A stretch of 64,000 bases of DNA. It comes from Basidiobolus meristosporus CBS 931.73. Its lineage: Eukaryota > Fungi > Basidiobolomycota. Both the position numbers and the translations under genes were made by a program. The DNA lies in assembly GCA_002104905.1 (NCBI GenBank), contig MCFE01000028.1, positions 1-64,000 on the forward strand, read 5' to 3'. The notes under the pieces were generated by a model that saw only the letters and a list, made by a program, of their open reading frames with translations, was not told the origin of the DNA and did not search any database. Of this stretch, positions 61,750-64,000 are shown one piece after another (position 1 is the stretch's first letter; each line of letters begins with the position of its first letter).

Positions 61750-63660
61750 CTGTCAAACTTTTGTCATATTGGGCAATTGGATGTATTGGCTGGTTAGGTC
61801 TGCTTTAATAAATGTGGATGGCAGTAAGATCACCAAGATGTCATGCAATTCTTGCCAAAGAACTGCTCAAATACTGTTGTGTTCTTGAATTTATTTGGCA
61901 GTAAACCCAGCAAAACACTGGCATGATTCTGCCATGAGATTGTGTAGAGCATCAATCATTCCAACCTACCACCATTATTATAGCTTAATTGCAGGATCCT
62001 TATTGCTGATCTGGATTAGATCTACTGGCAGAGCCAGATTATTTTTCTTAAGGAGTACTTCCATTGGAAGAACAGCAAATGGCCATTAAAATATCACCAC
62101 CACCAATATTGGCAAGTGTTTTTCAGCTCATTAATAAGCACTGTTGAGGCAACTAGCTGCAGTGGCTATAAGCTATATGCGTTGGCCCATAGAATTCAGG
62201 AAGTTGTCAAAGGATAGGATGAGCAGATGATACCAGTGGTGCAATAAATATTGCTGTTATAGAGTGAAGTATGTTTGCTGCAAAGAGGTAACTCAGGTGG
62301 TGTAGTGTCACAGCCAAGGATTGAGTATTTCCAGATGTAAGGGCAGCAGAACACCATAAAGTGCTTGAGCTACCACAAGAGTTATCAAATATAAAGCCCA
62401 CAGAAAAATCTATTGTAGCATGGCAGAGAGTGCCTGTAGTACTCATATCAAAACCTAAAAATGATAAGACATGGAAGATCAGTGAAGCTGTGAGAGCAAA
62501 AATGATGTGTGGGCTAGTATCAGGAAGTTGTAAGACGTGTAGCATATAATCACCTTGAGGCTGGTATCTCATGAGACCATCAGGAACTCAAGACCAAGAA
62601 TAATGGACTTGAACTCCTGCTTGAGCAAAATCCTTAGCTCAAAAGAGCAAACTGATATTGAGCCAGCATTGTATGCTCAGAAAATATTTCAGGAATAGCA
62701 GGAACTATCAGAGGCAGAAGCACAAGAGTGCCACTACTAAATAACAATGGCTTACTTGAGAGCCTGTTACAAGCAGGTCCAAAAGCTTTAAACTAGTGCC
62801 AAACAAACAGCACAAAGCTGGAAGAGTGCTAGTAAGGGACATGCAGGCAGAAATAGATGCATCAGGCTAACATATATCATGGAAAAGAGTAGTCTCATTG
62901 AACAAGCACTTGTTCAGAGTAGCATCAAAGGAGCTGACAGTGATAAAAACTAGCAGCCTCCTCACAGCCCTGTCACAACCACTGCTGAAAGCTCAAAGCA
63001 AGCATAAAAAAATCATCACATGGCTGGAAGGGCACTGATATGGCACAAGCTGGCAGCAATAGATACATTAGTGCAGTGCTTATCAACAAAATAAAGCAAT
63101 GCAATACAGAGAGCACTCAGATAAAGTAGCAGTGAAGAACCTGGTAGTGACAATGAAAAAGATAGAAGGAAAAACTCTACCTAAGCCAGAGACATGGAAG
63201 CATCAGAGAAAAGCTGCATTTTTATTCAATTAATCCCATAAGCCTGGAGTTGTCTGTGTCCATAATCACTACAACAAATTACTAAGAAGACAACAGCTGT
63301 TTTCCCATGTGTTGGAGGGCAGCCAGTTGAGCTACACTCCAATGAGATGGATGAGTTTGCCAAGAAAAGCAATTGTCTACCACCGCCTCTATGTTCTCCA
63401 TTATAGACAAAGTGCAGATTCCACTGTCAGTTAGAGCACCAATGTCAAGAACTCCAAATACTAGCAAAGTGCCTACATTAAAAATCTGGGGCAACAACAG
63501 GCACAGCAAAAGGTTTGCAGCACTTCTTCAAATGCAATGCTCAAGGAAGCATACTTGCATACTGCAAGGACTTATTACAAAGACTAGAAGTCAATGTGAT
63601 AGACCTTGCTGTGCTGGCTGAAGATCATAACATTAGGGAACCAGTGAATGGACAATGATA
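61750..63660 (+). mobile_element. CMC element right-end fragment (to ~62053) followed by another decayed ORF2 copy (~62090-63660)
   Basis: GCTGATCTGGATTAGATCTACTGGCAGAGCCAGATTATTTTTCTTAAGG resembles 27121-27168; NIKPTEKSIVAWQR and STTASMFSIIDKVQIP are ORF2 motifs. Confidence 0.68.
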
Positions 63661-63683
63661 AAAAGCTGTAGGGTTCTTACCAA

Positions 63684-64000
63684 CCCTATAAGAAATTATC
63701 ATGATTTACCCATCATAAGGCTATCATCAACTTAAATTCCTGTGCCTAAGAAGTATATATGCAATCAGGACACCTTGCAAAGACTGTCAAAAATAATTGC
63801 ACCCAGATTTCACAAAAAACTTGTCAAAACTTTTCATCACCACAATACCAAGGTGGCTTTTGATTGGTTTTCTGGCAATTCTCTGACTTGCTGATACCAG
63901 ACACTTGGTCCCCCCTACATCTGTGGGCATTGATTAGCTATTGCCTCTTTTTCACACTCCTTACTTTCTGACTCACCTGTTACTCTTACTTTTCATGCAT
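63684..64000 (+). mobile_element. Left terminus of another CMC element, running off the window end
   Basis: CCCTATAAGAAATTATCATGATTTACCCATC and GGTGGCTTTTGATTGG match 21707-21900. Confidence 0.7.

Overview
Eukaryotic window, most likely from an early-diverging fungus. This is inferred from short GT-AG introns, an AA11 LPMO with a CBM19-like tail, a zf-HIT DDX59 helicase, a CigA-like O-fucosyltransferase homolog and a PAS-PAS protein. It has two sharply different compartments. (1) ~2-18.3 kb is a GC-rich, CpG-normal gene island with nine genes: pirin, AA11 LPMO, a coiled-coil protein with a Rab11-FIP-like motif, an O-FucT-like protein, MGM1, CKS1, DDX59, an Abf2/TFAM-like HMG protein and a PAS-PAS protein. 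(2) ~18.3-64 kb is an AT-rich, CpG-depleted nest of transposons. It holds two Ty1/copia families (one full-length copy with TSD, a tandem shared-LTR copy, solo LTRs) and many decayed copies of a ~5.5-kb CMC/CACTA-type DNA transposon. That element has CCCTATGAA termini, a 3-bp TSD, and a transposase placed head-to-head with an unknown second ORF. One copy is interrupted by a 1.45-kb AT-rich array of eleven ~118-bp hairpin-bearing repeats. No tRNA, rRNA or CRISPR array was seen. All calls come from reading the sequence and recalling motifs; no database searches were run.
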